Below are positions 18,758 to 28,109 of a stretch of DNA of 64,000 bases, piece after piece. The translations under genes and the position numbers were made by a program. The notes beneath the pieces were generated by a model that saw nothing but the letters and a program-made list of their open reading frames with translations, did no database searches and was not told where the DNA came from. Source of the stretch: an uncultured Gammaproteobacteria bacterium (GTDB lineage Bacteria; Patescibacteriota; Microgenomatia; PFEM01; DATLAM01); NCBI GenBank assembly GCA_964566925.1, contig CAZMIZ010000001.1, positions 7,248 through 71,247 on the forward strand, in the 5' to 3' direction. Position 1 is the first letter of the stretch; each line of letters opens with the position of its first letter.

Positions 18758-19045
18758 TTATTGGGGTCTTTCGGGTCTTGAATGAAAATCTCTGGGTTGT
18801 TTTGGCCGAGCTTCGTTAACAATGATTTTTCTTCCGCCAAAATCATTACCATTAAGCATTTCAATCGCTTTTTTCGCTTCTTCTTCGCTGCTCATTTCCA
18901 CAAAACCAAAACCTTTTGAACGACCGGAATACCGATCGGTGATCACTGTTGCGCTTGTCACCTTGCCTGCTTGGGCAAAATGCTCTCCTAGCTGCTCGTC
19001 GGTAACACCATAATCGAGATTACCAACATAGAGTTTAGTACTCAA
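18758..19045 (-). CDS. RRM (RNP-1) RNA-binding protein
   Basis: LYVGNL (RNP2), SKGFGFVEM (RNP1); TTG start after AGGAGGTGA. Confidence 0.95.
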   Translation of the reverse strand: MSTKLYVGNLDYGVTDEQLGEHFAQAGKVTSATVITDRYSGRSKGFGFVEMSSEEEAKKAIEMLNGNDFGGRKIIVNEARPKQPRDFHSRPERPQ

Positions 19046-19200
19046 GTTTATTCACCTCCTTTTCTTTTGCATAAATTTAAAAATTTTGGGAGCTTCTTTG
19101 GATGCCGTCTGAAGTCCGTCTGGAGACCAAGAGAAAGCTACCTCTCATACTGATAAACAATCATAACAAAAAACCTAATAAAAGTAAAGCCCTTTTATCT

Positions 19201-20307
19201 TCAACTTTTCCTGCCTACCCCTAAATAAGCGGCTAGAAAAGTAGTTAATGGAACCGCGGCGATCAAACCAATGCTTCCCACTAGGGTGCGAATTATTTCT
19301 TCGGTAATAATCTCGTAGTTAATTACCTGGGAAAATGGCAAGGGATTGTTAATAAATAACAAAAGTAAAGGGAGGGCGGCCCCGGTGTAGACTAAGACCA
19401 GGGTGTTGACCATTGAAGCAATGTGGTCCTGGCCAACATTCATCGCTCGTAAAAATAATTCCTTAAATTTTATCTTCGGATTCGCCTCTCTTAATTGTTG
19501 AACAATCGCCGATTGGGCCACAGTAATATCATCCAAAACCCCTAAAGCGCCAATAATAATACCTGCCAAAACAAGACCCTTGATATTAATGGCTCCGGGT
19601 CGATCTGATTGTAAAAAGCCGGCCTCTTCTGAAGCAAAGCCAGTTAGTCGGGTCACCTCAACAAAATATTTGGCTAAAAAGCCGGTAATTACCAAAGCCG
19701 CTAAAGTGCCTAACATGGCCACAGCCGTCTTTTGATTCAATCCATGAGAAAGATAAAAAGTTAAGGGAATGATCGCCAAAGAACCGAGGATGGCGATCAT
19801 GACTGGATCGCGGCCGGAATTAATCTGGGGTAAGATGAAAAGAAAAATCACCAAAAAAGAAATTCCTAAACCGATAATTGAAGTGGCCCCCCGCCAACGG
19901 CCAATCACCACCGCCAAAATCACAAAAAGCAAAAACAACCAAAAAAGGTATTTTCTCCTGATAAGCTCGGTCAGATAAAAAATCTCTTCTCCTTCAAGGC
20001 CAAGGCTTTTACTGATTAAAACTTCATCACCAACCCGGTATTTGGGTAAGCCAATAATAGGAATATCACCCACTTCAACGACGATCTCTCTATCTTTAAT
20101 TGAACCGGCAGTAATCAAGATTTTTAACTTCTGATAAAGATTTTGTTCGCCTTCTTGGGTGATGACATCTTCTTCGAGAATTTCAATGATCCGACCCTCG
20201 AGAATCTCTTCCTTGGGGGCCTGGTCTATTTCTTGACCCAAAACCTTTGAAGAAAAAAGAGAAAGGAAAATCAAAGGCAAAAATAGAAAAAGTAGTTTTT
20301 TAATCAT
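19201..20307 (-). CDS. YibE/F family membrane protein
   Basis: GIIIGALGVLDD, GQDHIASMVNTLVLVYTG, EEIIRTLVGSIG. Confidence 0.9.
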   Translation of the reverse strand: MIKKLLFLFLPLIFLSLFSSKVLGQEIDQAPKEEILEGRIIEILEEDVITQEGEQNLYQKLKILITAGSIKDREIVVEVGDIPIIGLPKYRVGDEVLISKSLGLEGEEIFYLTELIRRKYLFWLFLLFVILAVVIGRWRGATSIIGLGISFLVIFLFILPQINSGRDPVMIAILGSLAIIPLTFYLSHGLNQKTAVAMLGTLAALVITGFLAKYFVEVTRLTGFASEEAGFLQSDRPGAINIKGLVLAGIIIGALGVLDDITVAQSAIVQQLREANPKIKFKELFLRAMNVGQDHIASMVNTLVLVYTGAALPLLLLFINNPLPFSQVINYEIITEEIIRTLVGSIGLIAAVPLTTFLAAYLGVGRKS

Positions 20308-21209
20308 CCCAAAATCTTTCTGAGCTTATTGTAAATGTCTTCTATTTCTTTTTTAGCGGAGAGGTTGGTTTTCATGATTGGCGTTAAGCCAGCAATGGCC
20401 TGAAAGATTTTTTGATCATAGCCTATTTTGCCTAAAACCTTTCCTTTAGCCCACTTTTCCATTTTAGCACTTTCTTTTTGGTTAAGATCCCACTTATTGA
20501 TTACCACCCGATAGGCAATCTTAAAATGTTTAACAATCGCTAAAACCCGCTTTAAATCGGAAAAACCAGAGGGGGTCGGTTCGGTCACTAAAACAACAAA
20601 ATCGACGCCGTTAAGAGCAGCAATAACGGGACAACCGATCCCTGCTGGGGAGTCAATAATCATCATTTGGTGGTTAAATTGTTCGGCTTTTTCTTTAATT
20701 AAATCAACGATTTTGCCTGAACCGGTTTGGCCCGGATGAAGCTGGGCGGAAACTAAAGGAAAACCGTGGACATTTTTTTTAATTTTGATTTCGCCGTTAA
20801 TAATCGGCTTCATCTTAATCGCTTTAGCCGGACAAACTACTTCGCAAGCACCACAACCTTCGCAAAAATATTCATTGAGAACTGGCTTTTTCTTCTTTAA
20901 ATTGAGAGCGGAAAAGGCGCAAATTTCAACACATCGACCGCAGCCAGTACACTTTTTCAGATCGATAATCGGTTTTTCGTTGGTAGAAACTTTTTTAATC
21001 TTATCCCAATGCTCACCTTCTTCCCCCTTTGCCGAGGCTTCGAGGGACAAGCCCAACCATAAATGAAGATTGGGGGCATCAACGTCAGCATCAACGGCAA
21101 CCACCTTTGCTTTTCGTGTAAAAAGCATTGCCAAAGAAGAAGCGAGCATGCTTTTCCCAACTCCACCCTTTCCAGAAGCAATAGCAACCTTTAACTTTAC
21201 TCTTTCCAT
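20304..21209 (-). CDS. MinD/ParA-type P-loop ATPase with inserted 2x[4Fe-4S] ferredoxin (COG1149)
   Basis: SGKGGVGKS, DADVDAPNL, CTGCGRC..C, CEGCGAC..C, EPTPSG. Confidence 0.9.
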   Translation of the reverse strand: MERVKLKVAIASGKGGVGKSMLASSLAMLFTRKAKVVAVDADVDAPNLHLWLGLSLEASAKGEEGEHWDKIKKVSTNEKPIIDLKKCTGCGRCVEICAFSALNLKKKKPVLNEYFCEGCGACEVVCPAKAIKMKPIINGEIKIKKNVHGFPLVSAQLHPGQTGSGKIVDLIKEKAEQFNHQMMIIDSPAGIGCPVIAALNGVDFVVLVTEPTPSGFSDLKRVLAIVKHFKIAYRVVINKWDLNQKESAKMEKWAKGKVLGKIGYDQKIFQAIAGLTPIMKTNLSAKKEIEDIYNKLRKILG

Positions 21210-21228
21210 TTTTAATATCACATTTCGT

Positions 21229-22416
21229 CTATACCCAACCTAAAATCATGGCTATCCCTAGACCAAAAATAATTAAACCAGCGACCAAATGAAGATAGCG
21301 GATGTTTTTTTCTTTCCAATCGGCAACATTCTCAACCGTAGCCAAGCCTAGATAACAAACAGCGACAATGACCAGCATTGGCAAAATGAAAATCAGGTTA
21401 TACAACAGTAACCAAGGAATGGTTTGCCAAAAAGAAAGTGAACAAAGAACACCTCCACAAATCACATAAGGACCAATCGTACAGGGGAGTAAAAAAACAG
21501 TCACTAAAGCCCCGACAACAAAGGCCCACCAAGGGTTGGTGACTTTGAAAAACAAGCTTTGAGCCTTAGGACGAAGGAACATGGGCATTTCTGTTAGAAA
21601 ACCACCGGGTTGATAATAAATGAAGTCTTTGATGTTTAAAACTCCTAAAACAAGCGCCACCATCCCTAAAGCTTTATAAAGCCAAAAACGAATATTGGCT
21701 AGTGCTTGAATTATCTGAAAAAACTTAATAATCGCCAAACCATAAAGAAAATACATAATCAGAACCGCGCTCGAGAAAGCCAAGCCAGCTACTAAAACAT
21801 TGCGTTTCTTTTTCGGACCTAAGGTGATAATGGCTAAAAGCATTAAGACTAAAACCGCTAAAGCGCAGGGATTAACGGCATCAACGGCCGCCAAAGAAAT
21901 TACCTTAGCCAAAGTCAATTCTCGGGGAACCATCTCCTCAACCATCTCGATCTTCTCATTTAATAGCTCGGGCCAAATCTTGGGCTTTCCTGATAGAGAA
22001 GCAAAATCAAGCTCTTCAAAATCAACAGTGGTTCCATCAATTAAAGGACAAGGATTGCTTCCCTTTTCAATTAAGCTTCTTACCCCATCAATAATCGGCC
22101 TATCACCAACCAAATATTTATCCTGGCCAAAAATAATCAAAGGAATACCTAATCCAGAATCGTAAACCTGATTATACTCATAAATCAATGGGGCATTTTC
22201 CTGATCTTGATAGATTTCGTATTCAATAATAACCAGTTGGGGATACTCTTTAAGGAGTTGATCAAAAATAAAGGGATCAACTTGGGCACAATGAGGACAG
22301 CCGATCCCCGTAAAATAGACAGCACAGACAGTCTGATCGCCTTCCGCTAAAGATGGAGACGAAAAAAGATTGAGTAGAAGAACCACTAAGACAACAATAA
22401 TTCCCAGTTTCTTCAT
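21229..22416 (-). CDS. Thioredoxin-like CxxC domain fused to CcdA/DsbD-like membrane domain
   Basis: Signal peptide, GCPHC, DAVNPC, FLLPCTIGPY. Confidence 0.8.
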   Translation of the reverse strand: MKKLGIIVVLVVLLLNLFSSPSLAEGDQTVCAVYFTGIGCPHCAQVDPFIFDQLLKEYPQLVIIEYEIYQDQENAPLIYEYNQVYDSGLGIPLIIFGQDKYLVGDRPIIDGVRSLIEKGSNPCPLIDGTTVDFEELDFASLSGKPKIWPELLNEKIEMVEEMVPRELTLAKVISLAAVDAVNPCALAVLVLMLLAIITLGPKKKRNVLVAGLAFSSAVLIMYFLYGLAIIKFFQIIQALANIRFWLYKALGMVALVLGVLNIKDFIYYQPGGFLTEMPMFLRPKAQSLFFKVTNPWWAFVVGALVTVFLLPCTIGPYVICGGVLCSLSFWQTIPWLLLYNLIFILPMLVIVAVCYLGLATVENVADWKEKNIRYLHLVAGLIIFGLGIAMILGWV

Positions 22417-23237
22417 AGATTATTTACTTCCTTTAACCTGCCTTTTGAATAAACTTTGGCCAGCTCCTTAGAATAAGGTATTTTATATTTGATTGCAACT
22501 TGGGATCGCTTAGCAATCCTTTCAACTAACTCGCTTTTCCCTAGATCAGCTTGATTAAGAACAATTTTAGCAGGAACTTTAAGAGTTTTTAATAGCTTTA
22601 AAATTAACTCCAAATCATGAGCGCCGAGAGGAGTCGGTTCGGTGACAGCATAAGCTAAATCGACGCCTATCAAAGCCCGGATAACACCACAATGGATACC
22701 AACCGAAGTATCAATCAAGAGATAATCAGCTTTATTTTTTCTGACTAATTTTTGAGCATATTCCCTCATTCTGGTCACAATCGGTCCGGTTTCATCGACA
22801 ACCCCGACAGAACGACCGGTCACTAAATAAAAATTCTCGTCAATCTGGTTCTTAAAGATTTCCCCAATCACCTTTTTCTCGGCTTTAATGGCTTTTTGAG
22901 GACAAAGACGCCAGCACAAACTGCATCCAGAGCAAAGTTCGTGAAGGAAAAGAGGAAACCTTCCTGGTGCTTGAAAGATGGCATTTGAGCGGCAGTTTTT
23001 AACACATAAGCCACATTGACTACATTTCTGTTTATCAAGAAAAGGAAATTGAGCAAAAATTATTTCAGCCGACTGGCCTAATTTTTGTCCCAACAACAAA
23101 TGATCGTTCGGGCATTCCACATCAGCATCAGCCAAAACAACCTTTTTCCCTTGACTTCTTAGCTTATTGGCTAAAAGAATGGCGACAGTCGATTTACCTG
23201 TACCGCCTTTTCCACCGGTGATAGCGATGGTCTTCAT
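22413..23237 (-). CDS. Second MinD-type ATPase with ferredoxin insert (COG1149)
   Basis: GGKGGTGKS, DADVECPN, CSQCGLC..C, CSGCSLC..CP, EPTPLG. Confidence 0.9.
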   Translation of the reverse strand: MKTIAITGGKGGTGKSTVAILLANKLRSQGKKVVLADADVECPNDHLLLGQKLGQSAEIIFAQFPFLDKQKCSQCGLCVKNCRSNAIFQAPGRFPLFLHELCSGCSLCWRLCPQKAIKAEKKVIGEIFKNQIDENFYLVTGRSVGVVDETGPIVTRMREYAQKLVRKNKADYLLIDTSVGIHCGVIRALIGVDLAYAVTEPTPLGAHDLELILKLLKTLKVPAKIVLNQADLGKSELVERIAKRSQVAIKYKIPYSKELAKVYSKGRLKEVNNL

Positions 23238-24478
23238 GTCTTCTCCTTAGTTGGTTTCGATAATATTTCTAATCCTCCTTTAATAAAACTATCAATAATT
23301 GTTTTTGCCTTCTCACCTTGAGCTTGATAGATATCAAACAAATTCTCTCGTAGGGCATGGAAAGAGATTTCCCCTATTTCTTTAGCAATGAGAATTTCGC
23401 TTTTTTGTTTAGCCAGAAGTTTGGCAGCTGCCAAGCCAGCTCTCATCTTTTGATCTTTGAAAGGATTATCAAGTAAATAATAGCCTTTAATTTTTTCGCC
23501 CTCAAGGTTGACCAAAAGAAAAGCCGGTGCTCGACCAAATTGGTCAGCTACCGGAGAAGATAGCCCGTTTTTAGTCTTTATTGGAATCGCCAGATGGCGA
23601 TAATCGCTTTTAAAAGGTTCTATGTGAATTGAGAATGAATCAACTTGGGGCACTTCTTTTTTAATCGCTCTTTCAACCTTCTCGGCAATTTCGTGAGCCC
23701 GCCTGACATCAATGAATTTCCTAACTCCCACCTTGGTCTCACCAAAAATAAAAGGGCCTGCCCTTCTTAGACGTAAATCAAAAAACTCTTCAATTCCCGG
23801 CACGGATTTGATCGCTTTAACAACCTTTTTCTCAACTGCCTTACTGGGACTAACATCCATAAGGGCAAAAAAAGAGTCTTTGGCGCTCGTTAGGCCAATT
23901 TTAAAGATAAGAAAAGAGATGACGATGGTAATCACTCCCTCAAGGTAGGGAGTTTGGTAATAGGCTGCTAAAATGCCTACAAAAACTGCCGTTGAGGAAA
24001 AAAGATGAGTTCTATTTTCTTTACCCATGGCCACTAAACTTTGAGCATTAATTTCCTCGCCCACTTTAATTTCATAATTGCCAAAAAAGAACAAAACTAA
24101 GGCGTCCAGCAAAGAAACCGCCAAGGCCAAGAAAGGAATTTCAATTGGGGAAGAAAAGAAAAGTCGGGCATAGCCATTGACAAACATCTCCCAAGCAGCC
24201 AGAAGAATTAGAATAGAGACAATCGCTGCTCCAAGGTTTTCCGCTTTATAATAACCATAAGGAAAGCGCTCGTCCGCTTTTTTTTGAGCAACTTTTAAAC
24301 CAAACCAAGAAGTAAAAATTGATAAAATATCCGAGCCACTATGGATCGCGTCGGAAATAAGAACAATACTGCCTGATAAAAAACCGATCACCGCTTTAGC
24401 CGTCGCCAAAAAGCCTTCCAAAAAAATGGCAACGGTTGCTAGCTTCTCTCCTTTTTTTAAATCTTCTTTTTGTGTCAT
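23234..24478 (-). CDS. CDF metal efflux transporter fused to NifB/NifX-like domain
   Basis: SDAIHS.SD, FPYGYYKAE, IHIEP, C-terminal FGRAPAF. Confidence 0.88.
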   Translation of the reverse strand: MTQKEDLKKGEKLATVAIFLEGFLATAKAVIGFLSGSIVLISDAIHSGSDILSIFTSWFGLKVAQKKADERFPYGYYKAENLGAAIVSILILLAAWEMFVNGYARLFFSSPIEIPFLALAVSLLDALVLFFFGNYEIKVGEEINAQSLVAMGKENRTHLFSSTAVFVGILAAYYQTPYLEGVITIVISFLIFKIGLTSAKDSFFALMDVSPSKAVEKKVVKAIKSVPGIEEFFDLRLRRAGPFIFGETKVGVRKFIDVRRAHEIAEKVERAIKKEVPQVDSFSIHIEPFKSDYRHLAIPIKTKNGLSSPVADQFGRAPAFLLVNLEGEKIKGYYLLDNPFKDQKMRAGLAAAKLLAKQKSEILIAKEIGEISFHALRENLFDIYQAQGEKAKTIIDSFIKGGLEILSKPTKEKT

Positions 24479-24553
24479 AAGTTAATTAAGCTCGGTTCAG
24501 TCACCGGCGAATCCAGATTTATTTTAAGCAAAGATTGCTTTTTTATTTCTTCT

Positions 24554-24976
24554 TTATCGTCTACCTCTTCCCCAACCTCCCCCTCGACTTAGACCTTCTC
24601 CCGCCCCTTGTCCTTTATTCATACCAGCAGAAGGGCCTGCCATTTCATTTTCTTTCAGCTTTCCTTCTTTATATTGCTCTAGCACATCTTTAACAGTCAT
24701 GTCAGAAACACCACCAAAAGTCTTAATTCCACTAGAATTGAGAACATTAATGGCATTCGGGCCGAAATTACCGGCAATAACCGCCCCGACCCCTTTATCA
24801 ACCACTAACTGAGCGGCAGAAATACCAGCTCCTCGGGGCGCCTGCCCGGCTGTGTTTTTAATCACTTTAAATTCCTTGGTTTCGCTATTAATAATCAAAA
24901 AATAAGGACACCGTCCAAATCGAAGGTCAACTAAGCTATCGAAATCTTTGCCTGATGAGGCAATAGCGATTTTCAC
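24554..24976 (-). CDS. NifB/NifX family (COG1433, orange-protein-like) protein
   Basis: MKIAI..RFGRCPYF..GAGISAAQ..GNFGPNA; Gly/Arg tail; SD GGGGGTGA. Confidence 0.9.
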   Translation of the reverse strand: MKIAIASSGKDFDSLVDLRFGRCPYFLIINSETKEFKVIKNTAGQAPRGAGISAAQLVVDKGVGAVIAGNFGPNAINVLNSSGIKTFGGVSDMTVKDVLEQYKEGKLKENEMAGPSAGMNKGQGAGEGLSRGGGWGRGRR

Positions 24977-25005
24977 TCAATCACCCCCCTTCCACTCTAT
25001 TTAAA

Positions 25006-25506
25006 TTATCTCTTCCTAATCATCGGCGAGCCGCATTTCGGACATTTAGTCTGGTAACAGGGTATACCGGCTTGATGGGATACCTCATTTTTACACTCGG
25101 GATTAGTACAAAGACAGGCCCCTCCCGGACCAGCGGCAAATGGGCCACCCATTCTCCCTCGGCCGGCCCCCCGACCAGCGCCTCGACCCCGACCAGTACC
25201 TCGACCAAATCCTGCTGGCATAACTGTCTCACCTCCTTTTATTTTGATCGCTTTGCCTAAAACCAATGCCTCCGCAATTTTCTTATGAGCTTCAGTCAAA
25301 ATCCGTTGGAAAGTACTTTGAGAAATTTTCATTATTTTAGCAGATTCAATCTGCCCCAAGCCTTCTAAATCGGCCAACCTAATTGCCTCTAATTCATCAA
25401 GTGCTAAAATCGCCTCCCTTAAAAAGTCCGAGGGAATTCCACGAGGCCTAAAATAATCGGCTTCTGGTTCAGAACCTATCCGTCTTGGTTTCTTTTGCCT
25501 AGTCAT
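25006..25506 (-). CDS. DUF134 HTH protein fused to Gly/Arg-rich, Cys-rich C-terminal module
   Basis: FRPRGIP..DELEAIRLAD..M.ISQSTFQR..KIAEALV.GKAI; then GRG repeats and CxC..C..C..CxxC. Confidence 0.88.
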   Translation of the reverse strand: MTRQKKPRRIGSEPEADYFRPRGIPSDFLREAILALDELEAIRLADLEGLGQIESAKIMKISQSTFQRILTEAHKKIAEALVLGKAIKIKGGETVMPAGFGRGTGRGRGAGRGAGRGRMGGPFAAGPGGACLCTNPECKNEVSHQAGIPCYQTKCPKCGSPMIRKR

Positions 25507-25535
25507 GATTTAAATCCAATTATGAATATATACCC

Positions 25536-25564
25536 ATTATAGGGAACTAGGGGACATTTGTCAA
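25536..25564 (-). promoter_or_regulatory. Consensus sigma70 promoter of the DUF134-NifX operon
   Basis: TTGACA (25564-25559), 17 nt, TATAAT (25541-25536). Confidence 0.85.
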
Positions 25565-25569
25565 GAGGG

Positions 25570-26016
25570 TTATTTTTTCACTAAAAGCCAGCTCTTTTTC
25601 TCAAAAGTGGGCGGATGGAAAATACTAAACTCCCCTTTTAATTTCTTGCCGGAAAGTTTGAACTTGATCGAATTATTAGCCCTCTCAATAATTTCTAGTT
25701 TTCCTTTATCCCAAATTTCAACCTTCCCCGCTCCGTATTGACCTTCCGGGATAACGCCCTTAAAAGAGGCGTACTCTAAAGGGTGATCTTCAACCTGAAT
25801 GGCTAAGCGCTTTTCACCTGGTTTTTGAGGCGGACCTTTGGGGACAGCCCAGCTCTTTAAAACCCCTTCTGTCTCTAGTCGAAAATCGAAATGGTGGTGA
25901 CTAGCCCAGTGCTCATGAACCACAAAAATGGGGAGTTTTTTGGTTTTCGAAACTTTTCCTTTAGGCTCAGAAGTCTTACCAAAGTCTCGTTTTTTTTGAT
26001 ACCTTTTTAGTTTCAC
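25570..26016 (-). CDS. Stand-alone LigD 3'-phosphoesterase domain protein
   Basis: Y..KRDF.KT.EP, FVVHEH.A.HHHFDFRLE, SWAVPKG, VEDHPLEY, YGAG.V.IWD.G. Confidence 0.9.
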   Translation of the reverse strand: MKLKRYQKKRDFGKTSEPKGKVSKTKKLPIFVVHEHWASHHHFDFRLETEGVLKSWAVPKGPPQKPGEKRLAIQVEDHPLEYASFKGVIPEGQYGAGKVEIWDKGKLEIIERANNSIKFKLSGKKLKGEFSIFHPPTFEKKSWLLVKK

Positions 26017-26654
26017 ACTTTAGTTTTTAGAAGTTCTACCTCATCTCTTTCAATCGACTCTCCAGATATCTTTGTGAGGCCAGTATTAACGTTTGCCTGA
26101 ATCTGGTTCTCAATCCGATAACAAGCAGCTATCAGTTCATCCAGGGTATCTAACTTACGATATATGTCCAGTCTCGGTAAAGCTTCATTAAGTCGCTCTT
26201 TCAAAGATAAAATTCCGAAGGGTCCAACTCTTAAGTCCGCGTAAAATAAGATCTTCGCCTCCCAATTGCTTGATTCTGCCATTTTGAGAGCATTAGAAAA
26301 AGTTTTAGATTTAACAAGAAGGCTCATTCTTGAATTAACCCCTAATTCTTCAAGCATTTTTAAAGTAGCTTGATGGTCATCGGTCCCATATTGATCGGTA
26401 ATGTCTTCCTGGACCTTTAGCCAAAAATTAACCCTTCCCTTTTCCTTACCAAGAAATTTCGGATATTTCTTAAGATCAAATTTGACAATATTCCCTAAAT
26501 CGTGAAGAAGGGCGCTCTTTTTGATCAAATCATGGTCGATCTTTGGCCCAACCCAATGATCGGTGATAAAAAGAGCCACTTTAGTAACCCGGAGTAAATG
26601 CTCTTGTAAATTAGGGGGAAGCTTAAATCGTTGATAAATCTTTTGAACGGTCAT
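26013..26654 (-). CDS. HD-domain protein
   Basis: QEHLLRV, LLHDLGN, YADLRV. Confidence 0.8.
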   Translation of the reverse strand: MTVQKIYQRFKLPPNLQEHLLRVTKVALFITDHWVGPKIDHDLIKKSALLHDLGNIVKFDLKKYPKFLGKEKGRVNFWLKVQEDITDQYGTDDHQATLKMLEELGVNSRMSLLVKSKTFSNALKMAESSNWEAKILFYADLRVGPFGILSLKERLNEALPRLDIYRKLDTLDELIAACYRIENQIQANVNTGLTKISGESIERDEVELLKTKV

Positions 26655-27328
26655 CAGCGAACATAATACCCAGAAGTTCTCAGCTGTTTGATTATCTCTT
26701 TAAGGTTGCCGCTTATTTGATTAAAAAGACTTGCCCCTTCTGCTTGAGAGGCCTGGGTTTTACCTTCCACGCTAAAATAAAAGTCCCAAATCTGGATACC
26801 GGAACCAGCAATTGGTGATTCGGCGAAAAAAGTTCCTTCCAGATCATAAACGCTACCTATTTGCCAACCAGGGCAATTATAATCACAATTACCCGGTTCT
26901 CTGACACACAAAGATTCTTCTTCTGGACCGAAAAGGGGCAGGTTGCGGGGCTGGTCTGAAAGAAAAGGTAAATCTGCATCTGAGACAATCAAGTTCTTCT
27001 TTAAAGGGCAACCACAACAAGGGTCATTTTTCGGGCAACTAAGACGTTCGCAAACAACCTTATCGTCAGAAACTCTGCCCCTAACTACCAATTGGCGATT
27101 GGCATACTTTTTCTTGTCAGCCAGAACCTCGCTCGGTTTAACGACTTCTGATTCGGGAGTGGCCACCACCCTGGATTTTAAAGCCTCCATTTTTTCTTTG
27201 AAAGGCAGGTGTTCGTAAGGAATTGTTTCGAACAAAAAAATGCCAGCCACAACTGCCAATACCGGCAAAACAATAGTAAAGAGGACAATTAAACCTATTA
27301 GGATGTCTTGATTCCCTTTTTTCTTCAT
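26654..27328 (-). CDS. Membrane-anchored Cys-rich hypothetical protein (possible OB fold)
   Basis: N-terminal TM; KYANRQLVVRGRV; CERLSCPKNDPCCGC and C..C..C. Confidence 0.65.
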   Translation of the reverse strand: MKKKGNQDILIGLIVLFTIVLPVLAVVAGIFLFETIPYEHLPFKEKMEALKSRVVATPESEVVKPSEVLADKKKYANRQLVVRGRVSDDKVVCERLSCPKNDPCCGCPLKKNLIVSDADLPFLSDQPRNLPLFGPEEESLCVREPGNCDYNCPGWQIGSVYDLEGTFFAESPIAGSGIQIWDFYFSVEGKTQASQAEGASLFNQISGNLKEIIKQLRTSGYYVR

Positions 27329-27332
27329 CTTT

Positions 27333-28109
27333 TTAGACTAAAAAAAGGCTAACTATGCCCAGTATGACACAGTAAAAACCGAAAATCCAGAGACTGGCTT
27401 TCAAAAGAAAGATCTCTAAAAGCCTTAAGGCACCATAGCCCACCAATCCAGCAATAATCATCCCTAGAAGGCCCTGACCTAAATTAGTTATTGAACCATT
27501 GAAAAAATCAGGGATCTGAAAAAAAAGCGCCCCCAAAATCGCAGGAATGGCCAAATAAAAGGAAAATTGAAAAGCGGTTCGTCGATCAATCCCTCGCCAT
27601 AAACTGCCCACAATGGTTGATCCAGAACGCGAAACTCCTGGTAAAATCGCTAAAGCCTGAAAAAGACCAACAATAAAGGCATCATTCGGAGATAATTCCT
27701 CAATCGATTTCGTTAGTTTTTTAATCAATTTCGTAGAGAAAAGAAGAATGGCAGTAACCAGAAGAGCTCCCCCTACTAAATCTGAAGAACTAAAAAGAGT
27801 TTCAATCTGTTGATTTAAAAAAAGGCCAACAATTCCAGCTGGGATTGATCCAATTACAATCTTTGCGAGAAGAGCAATTGATTTTCTTTCCCCTCGCACT
27901 AATTCATTTAAAATTTTTATTAATTGATTTTTAAAGTAAAAAAGAACCGCCCCCAAAGTGCCAACATGAACCATAATATCAAAAAAAACTGGAGGCTTAT
28001 CGATACTAAAAAACTTTTGCAAGAGAACCAAATGACCCGAAGAAGAAATAGGTAAAAACTCAGTTAACCCTTGAACAAGGGACAAAACGAAAGCCTGTGA
28101 ATAGCTCAT
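27333..28109 (-). CDS. uppP: Undecaprenyl-diphosphatase (BacA)
   Basis: QGLTEFLPISSSGH, PGVSRSGST. Confidence 0.96.
   Translation of the reverse strand: MSYSQAFVLSLVQGLTEFLPISSSGHLVLLQKFFSIDKPPVFFDIMVHVGTLGAVLFYFKNQLIKILNELVRGERKSIALLAKIVIGSIPAGIVGLFLNQQIETLFSSSDLVGGALLVTAILLFSTKLIKKLTKSIEELSPNDAFIVGLFQALAILPGVSRSGSTIVGSLWRGIDRRTAFQFSFYLAIPAILGALFFQIPDFFNGSITNLGQGLLGMIIAGLVGYGALRLLEIFLLKASLWIFGFYCVILGIVSLFLV

Noticed and set aside
23234-24976. Nitrogen fixation (NifB/NifX domains)
   Set aside because: No nifHDK; the COG1433/COG1149/DUF134 context is a non-nif cluster.
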